NCBI GenBank assembly: GCA_951406725.2
Contig: OX597820.1
Location: 4,836,001 to 4,900,000 of the forward strand
DNA from: Octopus vulgaris
Lineage: Eukaryota
DNA length: 64,000 bases
Direction of reading: 5' to 3'
Below the pieces are notes generated by a model. That model did not search any database and was not told where the DNA came from. It saw only the letters and a program-made list of their open reading frames with translations. The first letter of the stretch is position 1; each line of letters begins with the position of its first letter. A program made the position numbers and the translations under genes. Shown piece after piece: positions 49,041 to 63,350 of the stretch.

Positions 49041-49964
49041 TATCAATTGAAAAAAAAAAATAGCGAAAATTCTCTTCCCATGATTTTGAAGTGCAAAAAT
49101 AAGTTGACCAAAATAGGTCTGGAGTGGGATGATGAGGGAGGGAGTTGCAAAGGAAAAAATAACGTTTTCAAAATTTTTTTATACAAAGATGCCCCCACCA
49201 CAAACCCCATCATTTCGAAGGCTGTGGCTTAAAAAAAATGGGCAAAATCCCCGAAAAAATTTTCCCCCAAATTTCTTTATAATCGTAATCTATGCCGTTT
49301 GAAATGGTTTTGATTAAATTTTCATTAAAAAGATACCCATCTTCCTGAAAGTTATGAGGGGAAAAAAGTCAGATTGTATGAATTTTCCGAAACCCCTCTC
49401 TCCAGCCCCTCGGAAAAATTCTTCCCCATGAATCCCTATATATTATGACGCTACAACATCTAAGCGGATAGGCGTCTGGACGGAATTCTCTTACTGCAGT
49501 GATGTTGCCCGAGCTGCAGGTAGAGACCACATTGAACATTTGTAAGACAGGAAATAAAAGTCGATTGTGAGTAAATACTTGTGACTTAGCTGGAGTTTTC
49601 TATTGTTTTTACTTATTAAAATATTGCGTAACGAAATTGGTTCATTCTTTTTGAATAACCTTGAATGTATTAATGTGTGTTTGTGTGTGTGTGTGTGTAA
49701 TATTTTATGTATATGTATATATATATATGGTGGTATAAATATCAACACAATTTTTTCTCCTTCCTCCTTTTTTTTTTCCTCCTCTCTTCCCTTCTCCAAA
49801 CTCACAGACACCCACACACACACACACACACCTCCACAAAACAATCATAAAAAGAATTCTTCTTCTCTAAACCCAAAAAACCATTTGACCATCCCACATT
49901 AAACACACACACTCTCTCACAATGATAAAAAGAAATATTTATGGTCTACCTCCCCGCCACCACA

Positions 49965-50165
49965 GATTGTGGTTTCGATTCCAGGACCGGTCGATGCGTT
50001 GTGTTCTTGAGCAAAACACTTCATTTCACGTTGCTCCAGTCCACTCAGCTGGCAAAAATGAGTAACACTGCGATGGACTGGCGTTCCGTGTAGCTGGGGA
50101 ACACATATGCCATAGAAACCGGGAAACCGGGCCTATGAGCCTGGCTAGACTTTAAAAGGGCGCAT
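49965..50165 (+). mobile_element. 5'-truncated head-B SINE with a V-SINE-like body
   Basis: CTTGAGCAAAACACTT...CCACTCAGCTG...CTGCGATGGACTGGCG; the V-domain assignment is from memory. Confidence 0.6.
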
Positions 50166-50173
50166 TTTTTGGT

Positions 50174-50484
50174 GGAGGCGCAATGGCCCAGTGGTTAGGG
50201 CAGCGGACTCGCGGTTGTAGGATCGCGATTTCGATTCCCAGATCGAGCGTTGTGAGTGTTTATTGAGCGAAAACATCCAAAGCTCCACGAGGCTCCGGCA
50301 GGGGCTGGTGGTGATCCCTGCTGTACTCTTTCGCCACAACTTTCTCTCGCTCTTTCTTCTGTTGGCCTACTCGCTTAGCCAGCGGGGTGGCGTCATTTGA
50401 AGTCTAAAACAATGCAAAGCGCATTGTGACCAGCGATGTGTAGCAACATCTGATAGCCTAGTCGGTCACGGTGTTCACGGTGAT
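50174..50484 (+). mobile_element. Head-C SINE with AACAATGCAAAGCG-type tail
   Basis: Head as in 16241-16618; tail as in 9112-9373. Confidence 0.85.
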
Positions 50485-52145
50485 ATATATATTTCTTGAT
50501 TTTATACTTGTTTTGGCGATTGGTTTGATACCAGATAGAGTCACTGTAGACATCAGCAAGTCCTATACACTCTATTGACCCTTAGTTAATCCGTATTTTT
50601 GATCGATCTAGAAGTAATAACAGACAGGTACCAGTTGTATTAAACTGGACCAGCTTTAATTATTACAATGCAAAGTTAAACTTCTCTAGAGTTATTGGGG
50701 AAATTCACACTGATCTTAAGTATGTGATCAGAAAATATCTTGGTTCACTTCATCATAAGATCCACTCTATAGTAATGGCTGAGTGTAGAGTCTTGGCTGT
50801 GTGCATTTTCCCAACTACCTATTTGTTAGCAAACATTTACTTTATAATTAAAGAAAACCCACCATCAATTAGAATAACCATTATCAATTCAGAACCTTGA
50901 AATTATTCTGATTTTTTTTAGCATTTGTGTATCTCCTAACGGCAACCTGGACACACACACATACATACATGCATGCATACACACACACACACACACAGAA
51001 TAGACTCGTTTACATTCATAACAATGATTTGTCGTTCCATTCCACATAGTCTAACCATCGACAACCATTCGAATGTCCTTGCTATGGCCACTGTACGTCG
51101 GAGATAAACGGTTCACCATAATTTTCATATCTGAAATTAAACATCAATGGCTGTCCTAGCCTTAGATGGAGAAAGAAAAGAAAACTCGTTAAATATTCTC
51201 GACAATATTTTTTATGCCTCTCCTTCTCTCTCCCTCTCTCTTTCTCTCTTAAACATTCTACCCCTTTGTTCACTCCTTTCTCTCTTATTCTGTTCCCTTC
51301 AGATTCACAGTGATGACAACAATTTCAATATACTATTTATAGTTACTTAACACTGATGAAGCACAAAGATACAGAAACAGCCTGTTTATTGATACAGAGA
51401 TTGAAGAAATCTGAATTATTAAATAAATTTCAACTTCATTCTACACTTTCCATTTTTACCCGTTTCTTCTCTCCTTTATACCCCAACTGAATACATCTCT
51501 TTAAAAGTTCAAGTTATCTCGATCTGATTACACATTGATACCCCCCCACACACACACACATACATGCGTGCCCACCCGTCCACCCCTACATTTATCCGTA
51601 TACATGCATTATTTTGTATTGAATCGGTATACGTAATGCATGGATATGCAGATGTGTATACTGTTGTGTGAATGGAAATATTTCTTTTCAATGTAGAATT
51701 ACTGGAATATTTCAGAAACGAGATGTTGAGAAGTTCATGCCTTGCCAATGTATATACAATTACCAGCCTATAAAGATCTTTTGTCTCTATTGCGTCATAT
51801 TGTCTTCTATTGCGGTTGGTTCTATGTAGGAAATAGAATCCTAAACCAAACCGCTATTTCACATGTAAACACATACGTAATGTCTTATCTAACACAGACA
51901 CCACCACCATCACCACCATCACCACTACCACCACCACTCACAACTACAACAATAGCAGCAGCATCAACAATACTCTTTCCTAAACAATTTACACTTTGAT
52001 GTATTTTTTTCAAGCTTGTAGTAAATTATTTTTAATCCGTGAATTTGGGCGGTAATTCGTCTGAGTGACAGCTAAACTACGTAACTACACACCTATACAT
52101 CCACACACACACATCCATCCATCCATCCATCATACACACGCTCCG

Positions 52146-52177
<32 letters not shown>

Positions 52178-52550
52178 GTATATATATCCCGGATGTACGA
52201 GCCTTGTTACGTTCTTTACAACCATTTGTTATCTCGTTCCTACATATCTTACAACTGGGCCGCCGTTATTCTTCTTGTAATTGACTTACGGAGATAAGAA
52301 AGACAAAACAATTAAAGTGTTTCTCTTCCTTTTATTTATTTAGCTTTCCAGAAAGACTTAGTTTTCCACCGACACACACCATGTTGGGTGGGAGAGGAGG
52401 AGGAGGAGGAGCAGAGAGATCTCAATGTATTTTGCGGAAAGGCAAACTAGGGAAGCAGTAATGAATGAGGTGCGGTTATTAAAAAAGACTTGCCGTCATT
52501 ATCGTCGCTGATGACGTCCCGGGCATCATCGTAATAATAATAATAATAAT

Positions 52551-52786
52551 CCTTTCTACTATAGGCACAAGGCCAGCAATATCAGGGGTGGTGGGAGCAA
52601 GTCGATTACACCGACCCCAGTACTTCACTGGTACTTATTTTATCGACCCCCGTAAGGATGAAAGGCAAAAATCTACCTCGGTGGAATTTGAACTCAGAAC
52701 ATAAAGACAGAAGAAATACTGCTAAGCATTTCGCCCGGCGTGCTAACGATTCTGCCAGCAAGCTGCCTGAATACTACTACTACTAC

Positions 52787-52818
<32 letters not shown>

Positions 52819-53073
52819 TAATAATAATAAAATAATAATAATATAATTGCAATCCTTTCTAGTATAGGCACAAGGCCTGAATTTGTGGGGGTGGGGGGCA
52901 TAGTCGATTACATCGACCCCAGTTGTTTACTGGTAGTTATTTTTTCGACCCTGAAAGGATGAAAGGTAAAGTCGACCTCAGCGGAATTTCAACTCAGAAC
53001 GTGAAGACGGACGAAATACCGCTAAGCATTTCCCCCAGCGCGGTAACGATTCTAACAACTCACCGCCATCTTT

Positions 53074-53108
<35 letters not shown>

Positions 53109-53321
53109 CCTTTCTGCTAAAGGCACCAGGCCTAAAATTTGGTGGGGAAGGGACTAGTCAATTACATTGACCTCAGTGTTTCACTGGCACTTAGTTTATC
53201 GATCCCGAAAGGATGAACGGCAAAGTCGGCCTCGGCGGAATTTGAACTCAGAATGTAGCGACAGGAAAAATACCGCTAAGTATTTCGTCCAGAGTGCTAA
53301 CGATTCTGCCAGCTCGCTGCC
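52551..53321 (-). mobile_element. Three head-to-tail Meta-like tail-B SINEs separated by (TAA)n
   Basis: Copies at 52551-52767, 52854-53067 and 53109-53321. Confidence 0.9.
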
Positions 53322-53529
53322 TTATTCTCCCATCATTTTTGACGTGTGAGGATCTAACAGCATTGATTTGGGGGATCTTATTCCTGATGTGTAAAGTCAC
53401 TTATGAAACTCTAAATCCAGTCAACGATCCACAGACAAATCTACAAACTTACGACACAAGAAAGGATTGATCCACAAATCAGCTGCCATGTTAGTTCGAG
53501 ACTCTTTGAGTTCTGTGGGATGATCCTTT

Positions 53530-53635
<106 letters not shown>

Positions 53636-54791
53636 AGTTGTATAGTTTTCACGAAACGTTGCCTGATATTTATATTAATATTTTCTTAAGCCAAAACAAT
53701 ACAAATTTATAAGAAAAGAAAATTACTGACACAGATCGATGATCGATGATTAAATACTTTTGCCTGCTATTTCGTTGATCGGATTTATTAATTTTTTTTT
53801 TATTACTTGCATTGTTTTCATTTAAAAAAAACCGCGGCATGTTATTGTAAAACTGTGACATGACAATTCTTGAAAATTTGATTGTTGCCCATTCTTACCT
53901 AATGACAAACATAAAAGCACAACCAGTGTGGGTTTCACTAAACTAGAGGTTGCCCAAAGGGGTCCTAGGGGTTGGCGATGAATTATAGGGTGTCGATAGT
54001 AGCCAAGCAGATGAACTGCTTGAAATATTTAGTTAGCGCCATGAAACATGGGAAAACATGAGACATTTTTCACATTTCCTAACCGTGAAAACAATTTCAT
54101 AAAAGTAATACTGTATACTCGTAATTTTAAATGTAAAAAGTGTGTCCTCTTCAAAAGACCTTAATTTGTCGTTCATGTATATATTAGCTAACATTTAAAT
54201 TGCCAGCATCAGTACCCGTACGCATTTATGATATGGTAGGGTAGAGTAGGGTATTAAGATATTGTAAATTAAGAGGGTGGTCGATGCGGAAGGAGGAGTG
54301 GCTAAAGGAGTCGATGGTCGAAGAAGTTTGGTGACCCTTGTGCTAGACAGAAGATTGCCAGCAACAGTAAAAACCACAAGCTTAGAATCGGCTGAGGCAG
54401 TAATAGTAGTAGTAGTAGTTGCTAAACCCACATCAATCTTAATCTAAGAAACCCATTATCAAAGGCGTTCCAGATGTGACCATTCCGTGTTTGAAGAGAC
54501 TTGTGAGGCTAGGATTTCTAATGATTTTTTTCATCCAACGTCTTTACGACAGTCAGACGTGAGCTGGGGGACATTTCGCTGCTATTCTTGGCGGGTGGAG
54601 TATCTGCGTCGAAGGCCCCACGGTGAGGGAATTATCAATAGGTCAGTCAGGGACTAAACGCTTGCAGACGTGGATCGATAGGTAGTGAGTTCAAATTGCA
54701 TGGAGGTAGAAAGAGGGAGAGAAGTAGATAGAGAGGGAGAAAGGAGAGAAAGAGACAGACTGAGAAGAGGGGGAGGGCGGAGAAGACGAGA

Positions 54792-54826
<35 letters not shown>

Positions 54827-54832
54827 GATAAA

Positions 54833-54856
54833 ATGGCGACATTGAAGTTGAACTCA
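54833..54856 (+). CDS. Speculative short first coding exon (MATLKLNS)
   Basis: AAAATGGCG (start context / YY1-like) after a GA-rich leader with GGGCGG; followed by donor-like TCA|gtaagg. Confidence 0.2.
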
Positions 54857-54959
54857 GTAAGGAACAAAAAGAGAAACATGATGAATCAAACAGAAACACA
54901 CACACGCACACACACATATACACACGCATACATACATACATACATACATACATACATAC

Positions 54960-55009
<50 letters not shown>

Positions 55010-55051
55010 ACACACATACACACACACACATACATACATACACACACACAC

Positions 55052-55097
<46 letters not shown>

Positions 55098-55511
55098 CTG
55101 TTAGAGAACAGCAGGTGTTGAGTTAACGAAATATTGGTGGTCCGTGGCGGTAGACAGGATCCCGAGAAAAGTTCTTCAGTATTTTGAATAGATTATATCG
55201 TGACGACCACCTCGAGCTAAGCACTTCATACATACATACATACATACATACATGCATACATACATACATACATACATGCGCGCGTGTGTGTGTATGTGTG
55301 TGTAGTAAATGTGTGTACGTATATTGACGCATACACACAACTACGCGTATTTGTTTCCTTAAACGTGTTTTATCTTTAATCAAAAATCCATTTATCAGGG
55401 AAATTCGTAAATGTCGACAATTATAGAGAAAATAGCAGAGACAGAGATTAACCAATTAGAAAGAATCCGCCAGTTCCAAGCTCAGCGGCATTAGTGTCGC
55501 TTCGGTGTGAC

Positions 55512-55569
55512 ATTGGTGCCGCAGCATTCTGTATAAACCGGAAGTGGGCTGTAGCTAATGTCACGTGAC
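55512..55569. promoter_or_regulatory. Candidate regulatory motif cluster
   Basis: ATTGG (55512-55516), ETS-type CCGGAAGT (55538-55545) and palindromic E-box GTCACGTGAC (55560-55569) within 60 bp of unique sequence. Confidence 0.3.
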
Positions 55570-55819
55570 AGAGACATAACTCATCAAATAACATGAGTGA
55601 AAAATCGACAAGTAGTAATGGAGGATGATTAAACCCCTCCATCCATATAACGGGCTTCCACACAGTTTCCGTCCACCAAATTCATAAGGTATTGATCGGC
55701 CCGGGGCTATAGTAGAAAACATTTGCCGCGCAGTGAGACTGAACCCAAATTCACGTGGCTACAAAGCAGGTTTCTTAACCACATGGCCATGTACACACAC
55801 ACACATATATTTCTTTTAT

Positions 55820-56378
55820 TCTTTTACTTGTTTTAGTCATTTGACTGCGGCCATGCTGGAGCACCACCTTCAGTGGAACAAATCAACCCCAGGACTTATT
55901 CTTTGTAAGCCTAGTAATTATTGTATCGGCTCTTTTGCCGAGCCGCTAAGTTTCGGAGACGTAAACACACCAACATCGGTTGTCAAGTGTTGGTGGCGGG
56001 GGCCAGGCAGCCATCGAAACACACACATACACACACACACATATGAGAAGTTTAGGTATCCAGAAGATCCAAAAAGCAGGTAATGCTATGTGAGTGCTAC
56101 GGAAGGACCACTTTTAGACTTCCGGTTCTATAATAGCATGAGTGAGGAATCTACGGCAGGTCCTGTGTGAGCGTGTATAGGTTAAATAAAATAACAAGGT
56201 CAAGGCAATATATACACGACGGGCTTCTTTCAGTTTCCATCTACCAAATCCACTCACAAGGCTTTGGTCGGCTCAAGGATTTAGTAGAAGACCCTTACCC
56301 AAGGTGTCACGCAGGAGAACTGAACTCGGAGCCATATGGCTGGGAGGCAAGCTTCTTACCACACAGCAACGCCTGCGC
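55820..56378 (-). mobile_element. OR-type SINE with tail (55820-56030) and head (56217-56378) separated by about 180 bp of other sequence
   Basis: Both modules recognisable in the same orientation. Confidence 0.7.
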
Positions 56379-56384
56379 TTATGT

Positions 56385-56411
56385 GTGTGTATATATATAT
56401 ATGTGTATACA

Positions 56412-56442
<31 letters not shown>

Positions 56443-57109
56443 GTATACATATATATATATATGTATACATATATATATATGTATACATATATATATATGT
56501 ATACATATATGTATATATGTATACATATATATATAATAAATATAAGAGAGTGGTCACTATATTGATCACTATTAAATTAAATTAAATTAGTATCTAATTC
56601 TCTCACCCTTATTAATTAATTATACATATATATATATATGTATACATATATATATGTATACATATATGTATATATGTATACATATATATATATGTATACA
56701 TATATATATATGTATACATATATATACATATATGTATACATATATACACATATGTATATATGTATACATATATACACATATATATATACACATATGTATA
56801 TATGTATACATATATATACATATATATACACATATGTATATATGTATACATATATATACATATATATACATATGTATATATGTATACATATATATACATA
56901 TGTATGTGTGTGTATATATATATATATATAAATACATACATACATACATACATATAAATATGTATATATATATATATATATTTATATAAATATATATAAA
57001 TGGATATGTATGTATATATATATATATATGTATATAAATATGTATGTATATGTGTGAATATATATATATATATATGTATGTATATATATTTACGTTTGCA
57101 TATATGTGC

Positions 57110-57140
<31 letters not shown>

Positions 57141-57215
57141 CATATATATATATACATATATATATACATATATATATACATATATATATATACATTTGTG
57201 TGTGTGCGCGTATGT
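56385..57215. repeat. Very long compound alternating purine-pyrimidine tract (TA/TACA/TATG)
   Basis: Direct inspection; interrupted at about 56535-56615. Confidence 0.95.
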
Positions 57216-58264
57216 GACTGCAGGAATTTCACATTATCATTATCTGTCGTTGAATCGAGGTCATTTTAAAAATCTTCGAGAAAAAAAAAAAACAACCCAA
57301 GCAAACGAACAGAAAAGAAAAGACAAAAAGCAAAAGAAAAAACTATCAGCAACATAAACTAAATCTACACGATCATCATCATCATTATCATAGTCTCCTC
57401 CACCGCCACCACCACCAGCAACAAAAGAGGTTTCATTATTTGCTACCCGGGTGGGGGGCGGATGAGTTGTGTGGAGGTGTTTGAAGAAATGACGAAAATA
57501 GTGAAAGTTGACAAAGAACCCAGTTGAGAAAAAAACGAGCGAATCCTAAGAAACGACTCGAAAAATGCCAATAAAAATGATTATGTTATTCTTATCATTA
57601 ATTTATCATCATTATTATTATTATTATTATTATATTATTATTTTATTATTATTATTTTATCATTATTATTATTATAACCAAAATTAGAAAACAAAAAGAA
57701 ATAAAGGGATCTTTAAAGATAAAACGTATAAAAGGGGCAGTAATGACTTGTGTTAAACTGGTGTCCCTCGTAGGGTATAATTATATGGCAAGAAACCCGT
57801 GAAGATTTTACAGCTGTTGCCCTCGGAGCTGGATCTGGGGTGAGGTGAGGTGAGGTGAGGTGAGGTGGGTGGTTGGTAATAAAGAGGACTTGGTGAAACG
57901 TTTGTCTGTAAGGTTTACACTTAGAAGTATAGAGCTTTGGTTTGAGGCTACCATCCTTAGCAAGGAAACAAAATATTATTTTATATCAGTTACAGACACA
58001 CCCTGTAACTCACACTCTTATATACACACACACACACACACATACACACGCACTTACGTCTGTATATGGTCATACATACACACATAACTATACACACACG
58101 TATATACTTAAATGCATTTGTGTGTGTGTATGTATATTATATATACATACGTTTATATATGTAGACCTACACGCACACGTGCATGTATGTATATATATAT
58201 ATATATATATATAAATATATATACATATATAACTACGTTTATATATGTAGATCTACACGCACAC

Positions 58265-58310
<46 letters not shown>

Positions 58311-58709
58311 GCGCATATACACACAACATGCACACATATATACGTACATACATATATATACATACATACATATATATATATATAAGTATACCTTTATACA
58401 CGTATCTTTGGTTTCACCCTACTGAGTGCAACCATGCTGAGAAACAATATTGTGTGTGTGTGTGTGTGTGTGTGTGTGCATGTCTGTGCTTAATTTGCCT
58501 GCGTCTGTCACAATCTTCTGGGCTTACCCCACCACCTGTAACACTCCTTACCCCTTTGTGATTCGTTATTAATTCAGTTCCCGTCAATGACAACTTCATT
58601 TTATTAATACCCTCAACAGCTGAAACAAAAGTGGTTTCTACACACACACACACACACACACATACAATCATGGCCGCAGTCAAATGACTGAAGCAAGTAA
58701 AAGAATATA

Positions 58710-58752
<43 letters not shown>

Positions 58753-58964
58753 CATACATATATACACACATGTAGGTGTGTATATACCTATGGGTACGAT
58801 TACATGCACTCGATGCGTGGCAATTGAACAAGATAGCTGCACCTACTGGTTGCATCAGCAGTGTGGGATGTCATGCGTCACCGACACTAAATATGTAATA
58901 ATAGGAATAAAAGAGTCCCATGCCCTAGTTCTTTTCACACACACACACACACTATATTCCAAGT

Positions 58965-59250
58965 GTTATGCATACAGAATTTCCTGCAACTGTCATGGTT
59001 TTAGGGGTTGTCAGCAATGAAGGACATGTGATGCCACCTTACTTCTTTCCACAAGATCTCAGAGTTAACTCTGTCGTCTACATTGAAGTCCTGGAAGTAA
59101 TTGTTAAGCCGCTGATAGACAGTTTATGCAATGGAAGGCCATACGTGTTTCAGTAAGACTCTGCACTATCACACATGGCTCTAGTAACACAGGAATGGAT
59201 GGCTGAACAGTTTCATGATCACATAATCCCTAACATTTGATTTTCTGAGT
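58965..59250 (+). pseudogene. maT/DD37D-like transposase fragment
   Basis: TEFPATVMVLGVVSNEGHVMPPYFF..LRVNSVVYIEVL..GRPYVFQ*DSALSH; truncated before the third catalytic residue, so the family is inferred. Confidence 0.7.
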
Positions 59251-59755
59251 ATTGACCCGTCATCAGCGTGTGACAATCACTGGTTGTCGATGTGAAGTGC
59301 TTCCCAATGCAAATATATATATCCTTTTTCCAGTGACAAAGAGTCACTGATCTCGAAAAAGTGTAAACAAGATGGCTTTTCTTTGAGTAAAAGTGTAAAC
59401 AGGATGGCTTCCTTTGCAAATACTGATTGGGCACAGAAAGTGTATCAATATCCAGCTGGAGGAGGTGTCCTCTTGGGGCTACAAGCTACAGTAGCATCCA
59501 CCTTTAAGGGTTAGCCACATTTAAGTGGCAAATATATACACAACCCCTTACAAACTTTGTAAACGAAAGAGGTGGCAACTTTAAAAAATCGAGATATTTC
59601 TAAATCACTATAACCACAATAACTAGATGCCTCTTCATTTCTTGAGTAAGCTGAGGGTCTGCCATTATTATTTTCTGAAACAAAGATTATACAGAGTTAC
59701 CAAAAAGTGCAGCAATGATCCAAAACGGGTATGTCCTCAAATATCTTACGCACCC

Positions 59756-59804
<49 letters not shown>

Positions 59805-59949
59805 CATTTTAAAATTAAAACAAAAGCACTCAGAGAGCGCAGACCGCCGCCAAGGCTTTACCAACGTCCTCTCAACGATTAGCCAGTGATGATTTTTAAA
59901 ACGAGAGTATTTGAAATAAACTCGACGGCGCTCACAAACGAGAATACTA

Positions 59950-60186
59950 AAAACGAACCTGACCACTCTCAAAAATAAAAAAAAAACTGGAAAAACAATC
60001 CAGAATCCTTGTCTGGTACCGGATCGATCCCAAAAATCTAATCAGTTCGTGCCAGTTACGAGTTCAAACATCCTTGAAAGTTTCATCCAAATCCATCCAG
60101 TGGTTCTTGAGATATCTTGTCTCCACAGACAAACAAACAAACATGACTGCAAACAATACTTTTGCCTTAGATAAGGCGGAGGTAAT
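59950..60186 (+). mobile_element. Helentron-associated (DINE-1/HINE-like) non-autonomous element fragment
   Basis: AAGTTTCATCCAAATCCATCCAGTGG..., (ACAA/ACAG)n, terminal hairpin GCCTT agat AAGGC then GGAGGTAAT. Confidence 0.45.
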
Positions 60187-62992
60187 AAAGTTGAGAAAGA
60201 GGACAGAGACCTTATGTGTGTGTGTGTGTGTGTGTGTGCGTACACACAGAATCTTTAATGACTTGTAGCTGCATTACTTGATTACTGCTCGTTTTCCTGA
60301 CTTTGTGAAGCCCACTTCTTCACGATTGGTGCTAGCGATGCAGCGCACAACTGATGCCAGATTGCACCTCGTGTCCAGCTGAGTGACCCGAATATTGGTA
60401 TAAACCCCGATACAGTCAGCGCAGTGCGCTTCAATGATTTATTTCATGCCGGAAGTGTTCACAACCATATCCGGATGTTTTATTCCCCAGTCACATGTTC
60501 TTGGACTTACGTTTTCCAGACAGATGTTCCTGGTAATTCTCCAGTTACATATTCCTTTGTACGGGTCTGTCAACGAATATATTTCCAGTCATTCCTCGGT
60601 ACGTATAGCATTCCACATCAGGTGACAGAGAAATTAGCCAGGTCAACGATAAACCTGTTGCTAGATGCGATTGTAGCTATTCCGCGTCACAAATCCAGGT
60701 AGAAATAGTCATCCTGGCCAAATTCCTTCCTCCAGACTCTCGGAACGTCTTGACCAAATCAGGCTTCTTTTACACAATATGCAGCTGTGTTCTTAGCGGT
60801 AATTTAGTCGAGCCATTACTGTGCCGGACAGAATGCTTCGCGATATTTGTTCCGACCGACTCCAACTTCAATTACACCGACAACAACTTTGCCATTCGTC
60901 GTTTTGCGATCGAGAAAATACAATACCAATCCAGGGTTGACCTATAAGAATGTCGGAACTGACGCCTTTCGGTGTTTGTTCCGGCATCGCCTTCTTGGGT
61001 ATTAAACTTAACCCGTCACTTGGCGCCTGAGTACTCTTAACGGAGTCCACTTTGTTGCAGATATTAGGGTCAACTTTTCGGTTCGAGGCCACCTCCCCTC
61101 TGTCCACTCCCACTTGTCTCGGAGGCCCTATATGGGATCTCTTTTTGCCTCTCAACGAAAAGATAAAAATTTATTTTTTTCCAGATCGTCCAACAAGAAG
61201 ATATGCCCTGGGTCTGCGTTTCTGTCTTCCTGTGGGCCTGCTAAAAAGGCAAATTATAAACAGCATTACACATAGACACACACAGTGTGCCCTTGATATA
61301 TAACCCTGTCATACTCCGCTTCCTACATTTAAATTCAAGATGGTGATTTGTGAGGAAACCAAATTGTGTTCGACCCTAATTAAGGTCCTTGGAGCTTCAG
61401 CCAGTCAAAAGAACTCTGACATCTAAGAGCAGAGATCAGAATTTAATGCTTTGCTGCAATCCCGCCAGATTGAGATCAAGTTTCACCCCTGCCATCGCCC
61501 CCCCCCCCCTTACGTCACGGTTTTGTTAAGATTTGTTTTACAAATCCCTAAATCCCTTTTATCCCAGTTGCTTTTGTAGTTGTAATGATATTATTATTAT
61601 TATTATTGAAGTGATCTTCAAGCAATAAATTCAGAAAGGTTGTTTACATGTCATACATGTATACAAACCCCCACTGCCCCTCTGTAGACATGCTATACAT
61701 TGGATTCTGGCATACATTTGGACTAGAGTTCTTGTTTTATCCCGTTCCCGACCCGTTCCTGCCAACCAACTTGATGTGTTTATATTTCCGTTGAGAGCTT
61801 ACTGCTAAAGGTTAGTTTACTTGATATAACCAGTAGCAGACAATCAAGTTTTTCCTGGTGCTTTCCTATATATGTATGTATGTATATATTATGCATATAT
61901 GTATATATATATGAAAAAACAAGTCAAGATAGAAAATGCTAAAATAATAATTTTATAAAGAACATTTCAGTATATATATATATATAATGTATGCATATGT
62001 GAATCTATATACATACAGTGATATGTATTTGTGTATGTACAAATACCAATGAATGTGTGAATATGTAGGATTTGACTTATGCATGTACACACACACACAC
62101 ACACACACACAGTTGCTAAACGTTAGTCCTGCTTTATGTACTTTCACGCTTCTCTCAAAGGTTTCTAGCTGTAATTTTCTAATTACTCGCGTCCTTTTCC
62201 GATTTGATGAAGTACAGCTTCTCAAGTTTGTTTCAACCCCCAGTAATTACTGGTATAAATCGTAAGTTTTTCATTCGTTTACTTTTTTCTTTTACTTCTT
62301 GGCCAACTGAATTTTTTTACCACATATTCTTTTTGTTTTTTCTTCCAAAGTGCCAGATTCTTATGTCTGGTCCGTTATTCTTATTCGACAGGAACATTCT
62401 ACCAGTCCTCTCTCATAAAGGATTATGTCCTCCAAATTCACTACAAGTTCTTATATCTTCATCACTATCCTTTCTGTGGACTATTTCAATGTTTTCGCCA
62501 TTATACCCCCCCCCCCCCCCAACAGAGTGATTATATTAAGACATTTTCGGACAGCTACTTCTCACATGGGTTACATCTACGTAGGAAATTCACCAAAATC
62601 AGCACCAATTGTTACATCCGGGGGTTTTACATGTATTCCTCCCCTCAATACATTTGGTATATTTTCCTATTTCGAAAAGTCATACAGTTTAAAGTGATTG
62701 GTAACATAATAGTTGTTGGTCCAAGATACACTTGTCCAGTTCTCTTGAACATGTCAAAGTGGTGACGAACATCGCTTCATGATCATGAGGTCCCTGGCTT
62801 GCAGCTTAGTGTGTAATATCTTAGGCAAGTATCTCAACTAAATTTCAGTTGACGGAACCTGTACTTCGTAATTCAACAGATTAGCTTGATCACACTTTGG
62901 GCTGTGCTGTAACTTACAAAGGAATACGTTAAGGGTACACGTGTCTGCGGAATAGTCGGCCACATACCCTACAACGCTGTTTGCGGAGGGCT

Positions 62993-63350
62993 CACGGGTG
63001 TGTGTAGTAAGAGGTGTTTGCTTCTGAACCACTTGAGTCTGGGTTCGGTACTACTGCGTGGACTCTTGGTCATCCGTTTTCTACAATAGTCTTGGCAGTG
63101 GATTTGGTAGGCGGAAACTGAAAGAAGCTCGTCGTGTATATACGTGTGTGTCTGACTGTGTTTGTTCCCCACCGCCGCTTGACAACCATTGTTGGTTTGT
63201 TTATGTCCCCGTAACTTAGCGGTTTGGCAAAACAGACCGATAGAAAAAGTGTCAGGCCTTAAAAAGTGTATTAGGTCAAATTTTGTGATTAAAGCTTTAA
63301 AGGCGGTGCTCCAGCATAGCCGCAGTCTATCGAACCAACAAATAAAAGAA
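62993..63350 (+). mobile_element. Diverged OR-type SINE
   Basis: Head, CORE and tail recognisable. Confidence 0.75.

Noticed and set aside
51304-51390. GTGATGA...CTGA (box C/D-like) overlapping CTGATGA...GAAAC (hammerhead-like)
   Set aside because: Only 47 nt between the boxes, with no C'/D' or guide; no stem II or stem I for a hammerhead
56273-57269. Long ORFs rich in Y/I/H/M/C/V (also at 33700-34200, 46280-46800, 53421-53630, 54650-55130, 58100-58860)
   Set aside because: Translations of dinucleotide and tetranucleotide microsatellites that happen to lack stops
60290-61140. GC-richer unique stretch that looks coding
   Set aside because: The frames examined are broken by stops and I could not confirm any motif (a faint L1/Tx1 endonuclease likeness was not consistent). 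It needs tBLASTx, so no call is made.
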